A DNA stretch of 64,000 bases from Octopus vulgaris (taxonomy: Eukaryota). Each line of letters begins with the position of its first letter. Position 1 is the first letter of the stretch. Location: NCBI GenBank assembly GCA_951406725.2, contig OX597817.1, positions 156,364,001-156,428,000 on the forward strand, given 5' to 3'. The position numbers and the translations under genes are program-made. This document shows positions 11,714 through 24,843 of this stretch, in pieces. Below the pieces are notes generated by a model, which was not told where the DNA came from, made no database searches, and saw only the letters and a program-made list of their open reading frames with translations.

Positions 11714-12000
11714 ACCATACAATATAAAACAATGCTGTTTCATTTACTGTCCTCATCTCTCGTATCTACAACATGGAAAAAAAAAATAAAACCACGACTG
11801 GTTTGTCAACTTGGGTGATCATTGCACCTTAGCAAGGAGCTTCCCTTCTCTGGGTCTCCCTGAGTTAGAGGAAAGGCTGGCTAGGATATCTGAAAGAGGC
11901 ACAAGGGCTGCACTCAAAAACCTTAATAATACCTTGTAGACTTTTCTAAGGTATTACTTTTCATCATAGCACAGAATCTTTGATTGGTGTTGCCAGCTTT

Positions 12001-12015
12001 GTTGCCATCGGTAAC
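12001..12015 (+). promoter_or_regulatory. RFX X-box-like site GTTGCCATCGGTAAC
   Basis: GTTGCC-N3-GGTAAC in unique sequence. Confidence 0.35.
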
Positions 12016-13046
12016 CAGGTAGCAATGGCTTACATGATTACCAATAGCAGATCATTTGTAGTCTTAACTAACATAATAGTATATAGTACTAATATATACT
12101 TCATACACTAGATTCACAACTGAGATTTTTCTATGTAAATTACCAATAGTATTCTTGTGTATAAAATTTACCCTTCATTCTAAAATACACTGTACAAGGG
12201 TCAACATGACTTTGGTTAACAAAAGGATCAATAATAATTCTTTGCATAAAGACTTTTAACACTTTCAGTTGAATGGTTTTGTTATCCTAAATTCAAACAT
12301 ACTAGCAAATACAATTTGACAGAGTATGGAATCTTTGAGATGTCTTGCACCAAAATGTAGATACTAGATATATGTAGAGTAACATAGATATATTTAAAGC
12401 AAGAGGTATCAAAAAAGTTTATTTAGTATTATTTCTGCTGCAAGTAAAGGACAATATTATTCTAATCACATTTGCATGTAGTGGAGATAACTCCAAGTTT
12501 GCTTCACTCTTATTAGACCTCTTTAGCCAAGCACTGATTTCACCATGCTTGTCAAATTGGTGATTTAAAAAAATCACTGAGGTAGTTATTTAAATATGTG
12601 ATTCACATGAAAACAGTGAAGTTAGTGATGGCATATTTAATGTAGTGAGTGAAAAGAAATGACTAATTAGAAATACGTATGTAATGAGGAAAAGATATAA
12701 ACTTAATGATAAACATTTTATTTCAGTAAGTATGAGAGATAATTCCAGGCATGTTTTGGTTTTATTAGACCTTCTCAGTTTCACATAGATTTTACTGTCT
12801 TGTTAGCAGTCTTTTGTTACACCTATCAGATATGTTTACGTGCCTGAAAACACACACACATGAAAGAGTATTTTGTAATGTTTGGAGTGGAGAGATATTT
12901 CTTAAATCCCATAAAACTTTACATGAATTGTTATCATCATTGCCATTGAAGATTCTCTAAACAATTCTGTTTTTCCATGCAGCTAGTGTACAGTGTTACA
13001 CATTGACTTAGTGATTCTGTCATCGCTATTTTGGTAAGGGCGAGTG

Positions 13047-13101
13047 TATTGACTGAGGAGGCCATAATAAGACTGAAACAAACCCTGATTTGTGTCTCAT
13101 A
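13047..13101 (+). ncRNA. Decayed hammerhead-like motif
   Basis: CUGAGGA / GGCC..GACU (imperfect stem II) / GAA-ACAAA(cccuga)UUUGU (5-bp stem III). Position 17 is G and stem I is weak. Confidence 0.3.
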
Positions 13102-13718
13102 ATAGATGAAATAATTGTGCCAATATTATCCATGGACTAATATTGTTTTTTGTTTCTTTATCAACATGATTATTTCTAATTTTAATTAATGCTCCATGCA
13201 TTAAATATGTTCACACTTATTCTTCCATATTTATTTATTTGAAACATATTCTTGCTGTTGGCTACTTACTCCATGGTCTTGGCTAGCAAAATCATGCAGG
13301 TATCAGAATGGCCTTCATCTTAGCCACCAGTAGGTTCCACTTAACTCTGCCAGGAGAGAGAGAGAGAGGTAGAGGGGAACATATTTATTGCTACAGAGGA
13401 AATACTACTTAGTTTAGTAACAGCCAAGCTAATTTGTATACTGCAATTAGTTTGTCAACTGTTAAGTATTCTTTTTACTTGAGATTCAGCAAGAAAAACT
13501 AAAGCGTGAAACATGTTTGTTTGTTTGTTTGTTTTAAACATATCGATATACTTCAATATATTGAATATTTTGAGTGTTCACGCTACGCTGGGTGTAAAGA
13601 GAATCATTGTTACAGTGTGGTGACAACAAGATGGTTCCATACGTAGGATATTGAATTGAGCTGCTTTTTGGCCATGAGTTCAAATCTGTTGCATGTATTT
13701 TGTTATTTCTAGACACAT

Positions 13719-13898
13719 AGGCGCAGGAGTGGCTGTGGTATGTTTACGTCCCCGTCACTTAGCGGTTCGGCAAAAGAGACTGATAGAATAAGTACTGGGC
13801 TTACAAAGAATAAGTCCCGGGGTCGATTTGCTCGACTAAAGGCGGTGCTCCAGCATGGCCGCAGTCAAATGACTGAAACAAGTAAAAGAGAGAGAGAG
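13719..13898 (+). mobile_element. SINE family A with a large internal deletion
   Basis: The first ~20 nt of the head (AGGCGCAGGAGTGGCTGTGGT) are fused directly to the 3' third (ATGTTTACGTCCCCG...). Confidence 0.85.
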
Positions 13899-14317
13899 CC
13901 CTTTATGCTACATTTATCAGTAAGATGATTTAAGTTAACCCATTGATGCCATATCCAGGATTGATTTCTGTCTTATACATCAAATAAAGTACTATATACA
14001 ATGGTATTCTTATATGGTATGTAAGTAATAGCAAAACTGTTGTTTAGTCTCAGGTCAGCCTTACTTGCATAGACTTGTGATCATTCCAGGCATTCCAACC
14101 ATCTGTCTTTTTTATTCAGCCAAATTTTTTATAGTATTATTATCCAGACTTATCATATCTAGAACTACTTTATCTTATATCTTTTTTTAAACAGGGTAGG
14201 GCACAATTTGAGAGAGATTTGCTCATTATTTCTAGTAGGTTAAGACACTTCATAAAAACCCCCTTTGATATCATCAAAACAATACTTAAGTATTACTTAG
14301 ATGTCATCAGTGTAATG

Positions 14318-14525
14318 TCATCATCATCATTGTTCGACCGTGGTCGAGACAATGGAATTTACCATGCTACGCCAGACTTCACGGTCCATCATGGCATTAC
14401 GGAGGTCCTGTTGCTGGATGCCTGTATCCCTGGAGATTACATCAGGGTAGGAGAGTGTGCGCCCTCTGGTATTGCGAGTAGATGGCTTCCAGAGGAGAAG
14501 AGTAGAAATTACTTCTTTTTCATGT
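14318..14525 (-). mobile_element. RTE-clade LINE, 3' fragment
   Basis: Open C-terminus KEVISTLLLWKPSTRNTRGRTLSYPDVISRDTGIQQQDLRNAMMDREVWRSMV..EQ* running into a (TGA)n tail. LLW.P..RGR and DR..WR are typical RTE ORF-end motifs. Confidence 0.88.
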
Positions 14526-15471
14526 ACACAGCTGATATATATATAATATATATTATGTACTAATGTTTTGTGTTGTACTTGGCCCTTAGTTTCTTGTGGA
14601 CAAAATGTAGGGGTAATTTGGATAGAATAAAGTACATGGCTACTACTCATTTTATCATAATCATTATACACTTTTGTCTCATTAGGAAATAGAACCTCGA
14701 GGTTTCATCTACTGATGAAATAAGAACTAAGCACTAGCAACTAAAAAGAGAAAAAGCCCATTGAAGCTAAGCAGCCACATGTAGACCAATATGTGTGTGT
14801 GAGGTTCAATCATTGTTCATGATTTTGTTATAACATCTGCTTTTCTATGCTTGCATGGGTAAGAAGGAGAAACACCCCCACACACACACACACGGGTTAT
14901 CTGGTACCTATTTCTAACACCTAGATAAATTGAAACAATCAGAATACAGGTGTGCTGATTCAAATTGACCATAGTATGTCTGAACCTATAGGTTGGTAAT
15001 CTAATGCCACGCCCAGTGGGACCCTACTACTGGACACCTGTAAGTTTGTCACCTTTTCTTTATAAATTGTCTTCATCACACCATACTTATATATACTGTG
15101 TGTGTGTATGGTGGAGGAGGAAGCTGTAGTGACTAATACAGCTCTCGGGAGATGATGATAGTGATAATTTACACAAGTTTTTCCATGTTTTCATGTCATA
15201 ACATGATTTATCTATAATGGCTATATTGATTGTCTTTCATTGACATCACTCATTGTTTTGGTAAAGACTAGTGACATCACTTGCTGGCAGCAGCAGCAGC
15301 AGTGGTGGAGATAGTCCTGTGGTCATGGAGATATTGTTGGTCATCATGGTAATTACTGACATTGGTAGTGAACATGATGGCAGTGCTAGTAGAGAGATGT
15401 TGTGTAGTGGCACATACAAGCACAGAGGACAAATAGCGATTTTTTTTTTCTTTAGTTTACATCCACACAAA

Positions 15472-15930
15472 TCATCATCATCATCATCGTTTAACGTCCG
15501 TTTTCCGCGCTAGCACGGGTTGGACGGTTCGACCGGGGTCTGGGAAGCCAGGGGCTGCTCCAGGCTCCAGTCTGATCTGGCAGAGTTTCTATGGCTGGAT
15601 GCCCTTCCTAACGCCAACCACTCCGCGAGTGTAGTGGGTGCTTTTTACGTGCCACCTACACAGGTGCCAGGGGGGTCCGGCATCGGCCACGATCGGTTGG
15701 AGCTTTTAACGTGCCAGCGGCACGGAAGCCAAACAAGGCTGCGCTGGCAACGTTTGGATGGTGCTTTTTATGTGCCACCGGCACAGAAGCCAGTCGGGGC
15801 GGCGCTGGCTACGGCCACGTTCGGATAGTGCTTTTTATGTGCCACCGGCACAGAAGCCAGTCGAGTCGGCACTGGCTACGGCCACGTTCGGATGGTGCTT
15901 TTTATGTGCCACCGACACAGGCATCACAAC
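15472..15930 (-). mobile_element. Family D retroposon with about 5 internal tandem units
   Basis: GTGCTTTTTA(C/T)GTGCCACC-type units recur at about 15638, 15700, 15761, 15828 and 15895. Confidence 0.9.
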
Positions 15931-16451
15931 TACTGTACTACACAAATCATTTTCTCACTGGGAAACCTACGGTACATATTAAATATCTGTTATTTGGTTC
16001 AGACAGTAGAAACCTCTTGCTTCTTGTCATTTCATTTTCTAGCAGGGAAGCAAAATGAATAAAAATGTTTTTACTCCACAAGCTTCATCCAAAATATGGG
16101 AAGATTTGGAAAGAATTTACAGGATTTCTTTTCCAGAATATAAGCCCACACGTGAATTCAAAGACACAGTTTTCAGTAATGCAACTGTGCTTTCCAATGA
16201 TAATAATGACGATAATTTCTAAATTTAGAACATGGTCACAAATTTAGGAGCAGGGAAAAGTTCATCTTGTAGTTAAGAGGTTTCAATGATGTGATAAGTT
16301 TAGTTTTAGAATGACATTGTAAGGTTGTGATTAGAGGCTGGATCTGGCCAGGTTCAAGAGACGACAAATCAAATATTTTGGCCTGATACAGCTAGCTAAG
16401 AGTACAAGGTACAGCTTTATCACAGATTGTCACAGTGATTCTGTCTGAGGA

Positions 16452-16677
16452 TTAACCCTTTTGATACCAACTCGCCTGAGACCAACCCAAGTTCAATGAC
16501 ATAAACTCACTCTTCTAAAGTAGTATCAATTATAATCTTCCATCAAAATTTTATGCTAAATTGTTCCAGGCCCCAGCTTAATAATTATAAAGTTATTTTA
16601 CTATATTCTTCATTATTTTAACGATTAATTGAAACAAAGGTGGCATATGTTAACAAATATGGTAAGAAAGGGGTTAA
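16452..16677 (+). mobile_element. TTAA/piggyBac-like MITE, family M2
   Basis: TTAA|CCCTTTTGATACCA ... TGGTAAGAAAGGGG|TTAA; TIR and TTAA TSD. Confidence 0.85.
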
Positions 16678-16775
16678 GGGTACAAGATGTTACACATTAA
16701 GGTAATTCTTATGTTTAATGTACAAGAGGCAACTTTGCCACAACTGGATCATAGTGATTTTACCTGAGCATTATG

Positions 16776-17393
16776 TAACCTGTTTAGCATTTAAACTGGT
16801 CATATTCTGCCTAAATATTTTAGCTGCTTTATGTTCAAACTGACCAGATCTGGTCTCTCACACCTACTCTACAATGCCATTGTAGAAATATACAATCATG
16901 TCACATCATAGAAATCTCAAAGCTACAAGATACTCTCTTTTTACGTGTTTCAAGTCATGTGACTATGGCCATGCTGGAGCACTGCCTTTAGTCGAGCAAA
17001 TCGACCCCCAGGACTTATTCTTTGTAAGCCTAGTACTTATTCTATCAGTCTCTTTTCCTGAACCGCTAAATTACAGGGACGTAAACACACCCAGCGTCGG
17101 TTGTCAAGCGATGTTGGGGGAACAAACACACACACATACACATATATATACATATATACAACGGGCTTCTTTCAGTTTCTGTCTACCAAATCCACTCACA
17201 AGGCTTTGGTCATCCCGAGGCTATAGTAGAAGACACTTGCCCAAGGTGCCGCACAGTGGGACTGAACCCGGAACCATGTGGTTGGTAAGCAAGCTACTTA
17301 CCACACAGCCACTCCTACACCTTGATTGATTCAAAATGATGTGAACAAATAAGAATTCTGTATGACAGAATAATCTGAATAGTAAAAAGTTAA
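16776..17393 (+). mobile_element. MITE M1 (degenerate) interrupted by a SINE A copy (16931-17322, minus)
   Basis: M1 sequence resumes after the SINE and ends AAAAAG|TTAA. Confidence 0.8.
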
Positions 17394-18539
17394 ATGTACT
17401 AGAGACAGCCTTGTTACACACTGTCATGGTGGTTTTGTGTGAGAGCTATGTTAAGAGTACTAATATCAGTAGAGTATTCAGCAACTTGGAATATATGGTT
17501 TAGGTAGTTCCATTGACTGAATAACTAGACCATTCAGATCAGTGAAACTTGCTGAGGAAAATGAGAAGTGTGTGTATACGTGTGTGTGTATACATGTGTG
17601 TGTGTTGGTGTGAATGTATAAAGCCAGGTATCATAACCTGTGCAAACATGCCGTATACAGCCATTGCTTGTGTATTAATTAAGGTCAGTGTGTATAGGGA
17701 ACCGTTGTTGTTCACCTGTCAACCAGGCAGCCAGCTTCCCTCTGCCAATGACTTGAACGACTAGACATTTCTAAATCTTAAAATACTCTCTCCATACCAC
17801 TTTCTCTCCCCATCCCATTCCTTGCTACGAAGCCAAATAAATTTCCATTGACGATAATGATGATCATCTCATGAAAGCTATGAATATGATAAAGATGACT
17901 GATAAATTTAATGGTAGTTATAAATGTAATTATAGAAAAGATGAGGATGATGTTGATGATTATAGTGATAATGGTTTAAATATAATAATAATAATAATAA
18001 TAATAAATGATAATAATAATAATAACAATTATGAAGAAGTACACTAATGAATAAGAAGAGAGATATTGATTAATGAATAAAACCTAACCTAAAAACTCAG
18101 CCAGTGGATTAGTTTAGAGGGAGAGAGAGAGAGATTAAATACTTATTGATTAGAAACTTGACTGGCTGTGCTTGTACTAACAACTCGAGTTTCTGACTCA
18201 AGCTTGCCAGCTTGACTGTCATCCATATGAAACCACATCACTGTTTCTTCTATTGGCCCACCACCATATTGTACAAAAACCTGACTGAACAGTTATGAAT
18301 TAACTATGATTTCATGTGACCTATAACCAGGTGTAGTACACCAAAAATTCAAAGACATGAAGCAAGTGAATAATGGCTGCATTTTAAAGACTTTGGTTAA
18401 GGATTTCATTTTGTGAAAAACACTTATTGGACATATTGGACAATGTGTTCTAGAGTTTAGAAGGTTAAATGTGATTTAAAATTCTTTCTGAATAAAACAA
18501 AACATCCCATGAAATGTAATTTTTTTTTTACTTGTTTCA

Positions 18540-19103
18540 AAGTCTTGACATTTGGAAGGGTATCCAGCTGTAGAAAACCTTGCCAAAACTGACCTTGCCT
18601 ATAAAAAGCACCCAGTCCACTCTGCTGGATGGTTTGTGTTAGAAAGGGCATCCAGCTGTAAAAACCCTACCAAAACAGAGAAGTCTGGTGCAGGCTCCTG
18701 CCTGGCCGACTTCTGTCTAACCATCCAGTCCATGCCAACATGGAAGGCTGACATTAAACGATGATGATGATGATGTCTGGTATTTATTCTATCAGTCTCT
18801 TTTGCCAAACTACAAAGTTATAGGGACATGAATGAAACAACATTGGTTGTCAAGTGGTAAGAGTAGACACACACGCACACATACACACATATATATATGT
18901 ATATATATGTGTGTATGTGTGTGTGTGTATGTATATAGTGTAGGCTTCCACACAGTTTCCATCTACCATATTTACTCAAAAAGTATTCATTGTCCTGGTG
19001 CTATAGCAGAAGATGCTTGCCCAAGATGCTGTGCAGTGGGACTGAACCCAAAGTCATGTAGTTTCAAAGCAAGTTTCTTAACCACACAATTATGCCTGTA
19101 CCT
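18540..19103. mobile_element. Degenerate family D (+, 18540-18775) and family A (-, 18777-19103) copies, tail to tail
   Basis: Both show recognisable core motifs at lower identity. Confidence 0.7.
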
Positions 19104-19659
19104 GATAAAAAAAAAACGATAATAATAAATTGTGGTGGGGTGATTTTAAAACTTCTGTATTTTTCCTTTTTTTTAATTTTTTTATCAAGCCTGGTACATA
19201 AATTGACTAAGAAAATCAACCAAATCAGGATTACTTTCCACAAGGTTTGGGGTTTTTAAAGCAAATGAAACATAATATTTATTGCATGTTTTGTGCTGCA
19301 GACTCTTAAAAATATGGATTCCAGCAAAAAAAAATTTTACCTGCAAATGTTAAGACGCTTGAAAAGTGACTTAAAAGTTCAGCTATTTTAATATGCTTGA
19401 ATGAAATACCTCAAATTCTATTAGCAGCACATAATCAAACTAATACTGATTATTTGTGCTAAGCAGTTTCTTTTAGAACAACAAGCAACTTAATTACTAA
19501 TTAAATATGTAAATTTGCATATTTTGAAATCTCAGATATGCCCATTTGCTAATTATGTATTCAAATTTTGAGTATGCAAATTAGTCACGATAATTTCTCG
19601 ATTTTTCAACTGGGTTACATTCCTCACATTTGAGTAGGAGAATATTGTCTGTCAGTAGT

Positions 19660-20445
19660 AATAATGATCATCATCTTTTTAACGACCAATTTTCTATAGC
19701 TGGATGTCTTTCCTGCCACCAACCTTTACTTGTTTCCAAGCAAGATATTATTTTGTCTGTAGCTGGACATATTTTCATTGAAGATTGGAAACAAAAGGAC
19801 ACCACTTGTATGACAATGACACTCGTTTACAGTTATCACATGATATCAAAACATGAGTACATGTGTACACACACACACACACACACACACAGTGAGCTTC
19901 TTTCACTTTGTGCCAACCTGATTCATTCACAAGGCTTTGGTTGGCTTAAGGCTATAGCAGAAGACAGTGGAGGCGCAATGGCCCAGTGGTTAGGGCAGTG
20001 GACTCGCGGTCATAGGATCGCGGTTTCGATTCCCACACCGGGCGTTGTGAGTGTTTATTGAGCGAAAACACCTAAAAGCTCCACGAGGCTCCGGCAGGGG
20101 ATGGTGGTGATCCCTGCTGTACTCTTTCACCACAACTTTCTCTCACTCTTACTTCCTGTTTCTGTTGTACCTGTATTTCAAGGGGCCGGCCTTGTCACTC
20201 TCTGTGTCACGCTGAATATCCCCGAGAACTACGTTAAGGGTACACGTGTCTGTGGAGTGCTCAGCCACTTACACGTTAATTTCACGAGCAGGCTGTTCCG
20301 TTGATTCGGATCAACCGGAACCCTCATTGTCGTAACCGACGGAGTGCTTTCATCATTCATCATAGCACAAGACATTTCTCACTTGCCTCACCATAGCTCT
20401 GAACATGGAACCACATGGTTGTGAAGCAAACTGCTTAGTTACAAA
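19660..20445 (-). mobile_element. Older SINE family F (family A head, family D-like tail) with a nested SINE C
   Basis: GCTGGATGTCTTTCCTGCCACC tail part, then CA tract, then family A head; split by the insertion at 19967-20361. Confidence 0.65.
19967..20361 (+). mobile_element. tRNA-derived SINE, family C (full length)
   Basis: GGAGGCGCAATGGCCCAGTGGTTAGG A box, GGTTTCGATTCCC B box; TSD TAGCA(G/C)AAGACA. Confidence 0.92.
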
Positions 20446-20586
20446 GGCAAAAACCTCTTCCACCTCCCTGTTTCCTTTCAGACACCAGGGTCCCTATGAC
20501 CTTTGGGGATCCCATATAAGATTTCGTTAGAATTTATGTGCAATAAATTGATTATACACAAAATATTTTCACATTTTTTTTTATAC

Positions 20587-20750
20587 AGGAGCAGGAGTGG
20601 CTGTGTGGTAAGTAGCTTGCTTACCAACCACATGGTTCCAGGTTCAGTCCCACTGCATGGCATCTTGGGCAAGTGTCTTCTGCTATAGCCCCGGGCTGAC
20701 CAATGCCTTGTGAGTGGATTTGGCAGACGGAAACTGAAAGAAGCCTGTCG

Positions 20751-20791
<41 letters not shown>

Positions 20792-21010
20792 TTGTGTGTC
20801 TGTGTTTGTCCCCCTGGCATTGCTTGGCAACCGATGCTGGTGTGTTTACGTCCCTGTCACTTAACGGTTCGGCAAAAAGAGACCGATAGAATAAGTACTG
20901 GGCTTACAAAGAATAAGTCCCGGGGTCGATTTGCTCGACTAAAGGCGGTGCTCCAGCGTGGCCGCAGTCAAATGACTGAAACAAGTAAAAGAGTAAAAGA
21001 GTAAAAAGAG
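20587..21010 (+). mobile_element. SINE family A (full length)
   Basis: Head-to-tail match with a (GTAAAAGA)n tail. Confidence 0.92.
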
Positions 21011-21186
21011 TATAGCTATACACCTCCCTTCTCTCTCTCTCTCTCCCCTGCAATCTCTGGAATCACATGACCTTTATATAACCTCACATTCTTAACACTA
21101 TTGTCTTCTTTTCTCTCCCCTCTTTACACTCTGCTATGTAACACATTGTACAATGTTATGTAATGGTGACAGTAGCAGTGAATTGA

Positions 21187-21421
21187 GACGGCAAGCTGGC
21201 TGGCAGAACCGTTAGCTTGTCGGGCGAAATGCGGAGCCGTATTTTGTCTGCTGTTATGTTCTGAGTTCAAATTCCCCCGAGTTCAGTTTTGCCGTTCATC
21301 CTTTCGGGGTCGATAAATTAAGTACTAGTTATGCACTGGGGTCGATGTAATCGACTTAATCCGTTTGTCTGTCCTTGTTTGTCCCCTCTGTGTTTAGCCC
21401 CTTGTGAGTAGTAAAGAAATA
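21187..21421 (+). mobile_element. SINE family B with a 19-bp TSD
   Basis: B box GAGTTCAAATTCC; central TTCATCCTTTCGGGGTCGATAAATTAAGTAC (MetaSINE-like core, from memory); TSD GGTGACAGTAGCAGTGAAT. Confidence 0.9.
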
Positions 21422-21604
21422 GGTGACAGTAGCAGTGAATCAGGAACTGAATGGTATTATTGGTAGTGGCTGTTCTTATTGTTTAGCCCAAGGACAGCTC
21501 AGTATGAACAAAAATGTATGTTAAGGAGTTTTGACTGTGACCATAGCAGCATTTTGTATAAATCATCCAGTAAATTACCCAATGTGTTCTTTATCTTCTT
21601 TTAT

Positions 21605-21955
21605 CCTCTACTTGTTTCAGTCATTGGACTACAGCCATGCTGAGGTACCACCTTGAATGGCTAAATCTATCAATCTCTTTCCTCAAACCACAAAGTTACA
21701 GGAACATAAACAAACTCACACCAGTTGTCAAGTGTGGCGGTGGGTGGGAGATAAACACAACACAAACACACAGGCACAAACAAACACTCATGATAGACTT
21801 CTTTTAGTTTCCGCCTACCAAATCTGCTGACAAGGATTTGGTCAGCCCAGGGCTACAGTAGAAGACACTTGATGAAGGTGCCACATAGCAGGACTGAACC
21901 CAAGACCACATAGTCAAGAAGCAAGCTTCTTAACCCCACTGCCATGCTTGTACCT
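21605..21955 (-). mobile_element. SINE family A (older, diverged)
   Basis: Colinear with family A at reduced identity. Confidence 0.8.
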
Positions 21956-22076
21956 TCCTTTTTTTTTTTTTTTTTTAATCCGTAATATCACAGGTACGAT
22001 TTGAAGGAAATTTGGTTATTATTTCAAACAAGCCATGTGACTTTAGACCAAATGTTAATAGTGTTGATTGAATGGT

Positions 22077-22467
22077 GTGGAGGCGCAATGGCCCAGTGGT
22101 TAGGGCAGTGGACTCGCGGTCATAGGCTTGCGGTTTCGATTCCCAGACCGGGCGTTGTGAGTGTTTATTGAGCGAAAACACCTAAAAGCTCCACGAGGCT
22201 CCGGCAGGGGATGGTGGTGATCCCTGCTGTACTCTTTCACCACAACTTTCTCTCACTCTTACTTCCTGTTTCTGTTGTACCTGTATTTCAAGGGGCCGGC
22301 CTTGTCACTCTCTATGTCACGCTGAATATCCCCGAGAACTACGTTAAGGGTGTACGTGTCTGTGGAGTGCTCAGCCACTTACACGTTAATTTCACGAGCA
22401 GGCTGTTCCGTTGATTCGGATCAACCGGAACCCTCATCGTCGTAACCGACGGAGTGCTTCCATCCAT
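22077..22467 (+). mobile_element. SINE family C (full length)
   Basis: Near-identical to 19967-20361, with a (TCCA)n tail. Confidence 0.92.
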
Positions 22468-22986
22468 TGTTGCATATATCAGTGGTGTGTGTGTGTGTGT
22501 TTGGAGATTGTCACTTCATGGTCAGATGATAGAAACTGTTTAAGGTGCCAGGCTAAACGGTGTTGCATGATGGAGCTCCAACTCTTTAGATTCCAGTTTC
22601 AAATCTCATCAGTGTCAACATTGTCTTTCATCCCTCGGGGATCAATACAAGTAACAGCCAAATAAAATCACTGGGGGCGTTCATAAAATCAACTTTGTTT
22701 CCATCCTTTGTAAACATGTGGCCTTGTGCCAAAACTAGAAATCATTTCCTCCTCTTCCTTCTCCACCTCCTCTTCATCATCATCATCATCATCACTGTTG
22801 TTGTTGTATTCTTTTCACCTTGGCTGGCTTCAAGCAAGCATTGACTTTTGTATTATTAATAACGAAGTCACATGATTTTAAGTCTTGTCTCCCCTTCCTC
22901 TTCTTTCTTCCTCCTTCTTCTTTCTTCCCCCTTCTTCTTCTTTCTTCCTCCTTCCTCTCTTTTTCTTCGTTTTCTTCTTCCTGTAG

Positions 22987-23276
22987 TACTGTCCGTGACC
23001 GTCGCATCTTTGGTATGACATAGACTGCAGTCGTGATCGATAATGGACCAGAACAGTTACATGGTACCGTACAGAACTAACACCATAACAAAACTCTGGC
23101 CACAATGAACCAGTCACTGCAGCTTTTTTTTTATTTATATATTTATTTCTTTGTTGTTGCTGATTCGATAGTTTTTAGGTTGAATTCATCAGCAGCAACA
23201 ATTTGGTTTGGCTGGCATTTCAAGAAAGCAAAAAGTTCCAATCTAGCTAATGGATGGAGAAATACCTCCGGGACAG
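22987..23276 (+). CDS. Candidate 290-nt exon, mostly 5'UTR, possibly ending with a short coding start (MDGEIPPGQ, 23250-23276)
   Basis: Very long polypyrimidine tract then cctgtag| acceptor; CpG-rich unique sequence; donor CAG|GTGTAT. Contains a uORF, MDQNSYMVPYRTNTITKLWPQ*. Confidence 0.45.
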
Positions 23277-23370
23277 GTGTATATCTGCAGAATAAAAAGC
23301 AAAACAAGAAGGTTGTTATTTAGCCTTATTGAGCAGAAATGGGATTGAAGTTCATAGCATTTATTCAGGC

Positions 23371-24843
23371 ATAGTGTATCTAGGACTACATCACCAAATG
23401 TGGCCTTCCTTGTTGTTACTGTCTAGTGCCATGTAGGTCCTGACCCAGTAATCCAAAATCAGACATTCTAGCAAATTACCATTTCATCTTTTAATTAAGC
23501 ATGGTATATCCAGGACAACAGAGCTCAATGTCTTTTTTCTTTCTTTCTTTCTTTTTTATTAGATGGTAATGCTATAATGTGAGGGAAATTTGGCTATTAT
23601 ATCTAACAGAGTGAGTGGCCACATTGTCTCAAAGAAATGGCTGAAAAGTGCCCAGTAACTTGACAGTCTTTGTGATTTGTTTTGTCCTATTGCTATTTAA
23701 CTCCAGGGCATCCCTGATTCAACAACCCTATGATCAAAGGTATTCTAGTTATTCTAATTATGACCATATAAAACAATGTGTCCCTTTTCTCTCCCTTTTT
23801 ATTTTTTTTTATTTTCAAAGGGCAAGATTTGAGGGAAATTGGGTTGCTATTTACAGCTAGTTGAGCAACAATATAGGGATTTGTGCTGAAGGTATTTAGT
23901 TCTGACAGTGTTATTTTCATCCGTTATCCTAAGGACTTATGATCAAAGACATTCCATTCATGACCTCTCCATTTAGTTTTCAGAAATAATGTACTTTAAG
24001 ACTACATGTCCTTTTAAGTTAATGTTGCGGATACAAACATAAGATGGAAGCCTATTAGCCATGGTCACTTAGTAACTCACCTATTCTCCTCTACCCTTTT
24101 CTATCACACCCACTTATACATACTGTGCTTGTGTAGATAGAGGGTAGAGACCACCAGTCTCTGTAAATATCAATAATCTTTCCCCTACACTACCCACTTC
24201 TCCTTAGACTTTTTTCGTACATTACTACCTTCCTCCATACTACTACTGATACTGCAGCTGTTATTGCTACCCCTTCTATTGCTCCTACTTTTACCACTGC
24301 TACTAATACTACTTACTACTGCTACTACCACTACTATTAGTTCTACTACTTTTGAAAACTGCAGCTGTCATTGCTGCCTCTACTACTACTTCTACTTGTT
24401 AATGTTATATCAATTACTTATACTCCACTGGTTAGCAAAGCAGTTACAAAGCTCATCCTCAGACTGGGATCACTGCTTCCTTCCCCTCACCGGCACCACC
24501 ACCTTTTTTACTTTTTGAACATGATAAAAGACAGGTAATGATTTACTACTTGCTGGTGTCTGATGAAGGGAGTTGTTGGTGTGTAGATGGAGATCAAACG
24601 TTTGCTCAAGTCCAAAGCTTTCACTTTCCAGCTGACAATCTTTTGTTTGGTGACCGCCAGGGACAATTTGTGATCTTGACATACTTGGTTGTTTGGTTAT
24701 AATTGTTTTCTTTCTCTGGATAGTGTATCTAGGACTACATCACCAAATGTGGCCTTCCTTGTTGTTATTGTTTAGTGCCAGGTAGGTCCTGACCCAGTAA
24801 TCCAAAATCAGACATTCTAGAAAATTACCATTTCATCTTTTAA
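23371..24843 (+). repeat. 124-bp direct duplication (23371-23494 and 24720-24843)
   Basis: ATAGTGTATCTAGGACTACATCACC...CATTTCATCTTTTAA occurs twice with about 4 mismatches. Confidence 0.9.

Noticed and set aside
15630-15920. Regularly spaced GTGCTTTTTA(C/T)GTGCCACC repeats as a CRISPR-like array
   Set aside because: The spacers are homologous to one another, the array is internal to a eukaryotic retroposon, and no cas genes are present.
18325-19616. Possible non-autonomous DNA transposon with octamer-like ATTTGCAT/ATGCAAAT repeats
   Set aside because: I could not define convincing TIRs or a TSD by eye, and the octamer motifs alone are not evidence of regulation.
19967-20045. SINE C, A and B heads as tRNA genes
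   Set aside because: They have A and B boxes but no complete cloverleaf, and each continues into a multicopy SINE body with a TSD.
22590-22615. Minus-strand CTGATGAG-ATTT-GAAAC as a hammerhead
   Set aside because: No room for stem II; it is the reverse complement of a decayed SINE B2 B-box region.
23008-23055. TCTTTGGT (miR-9 seed) as a miRNA
   Set aside because: The rest does not match miR-9 and no proper pre-miRNA hairpin forms.
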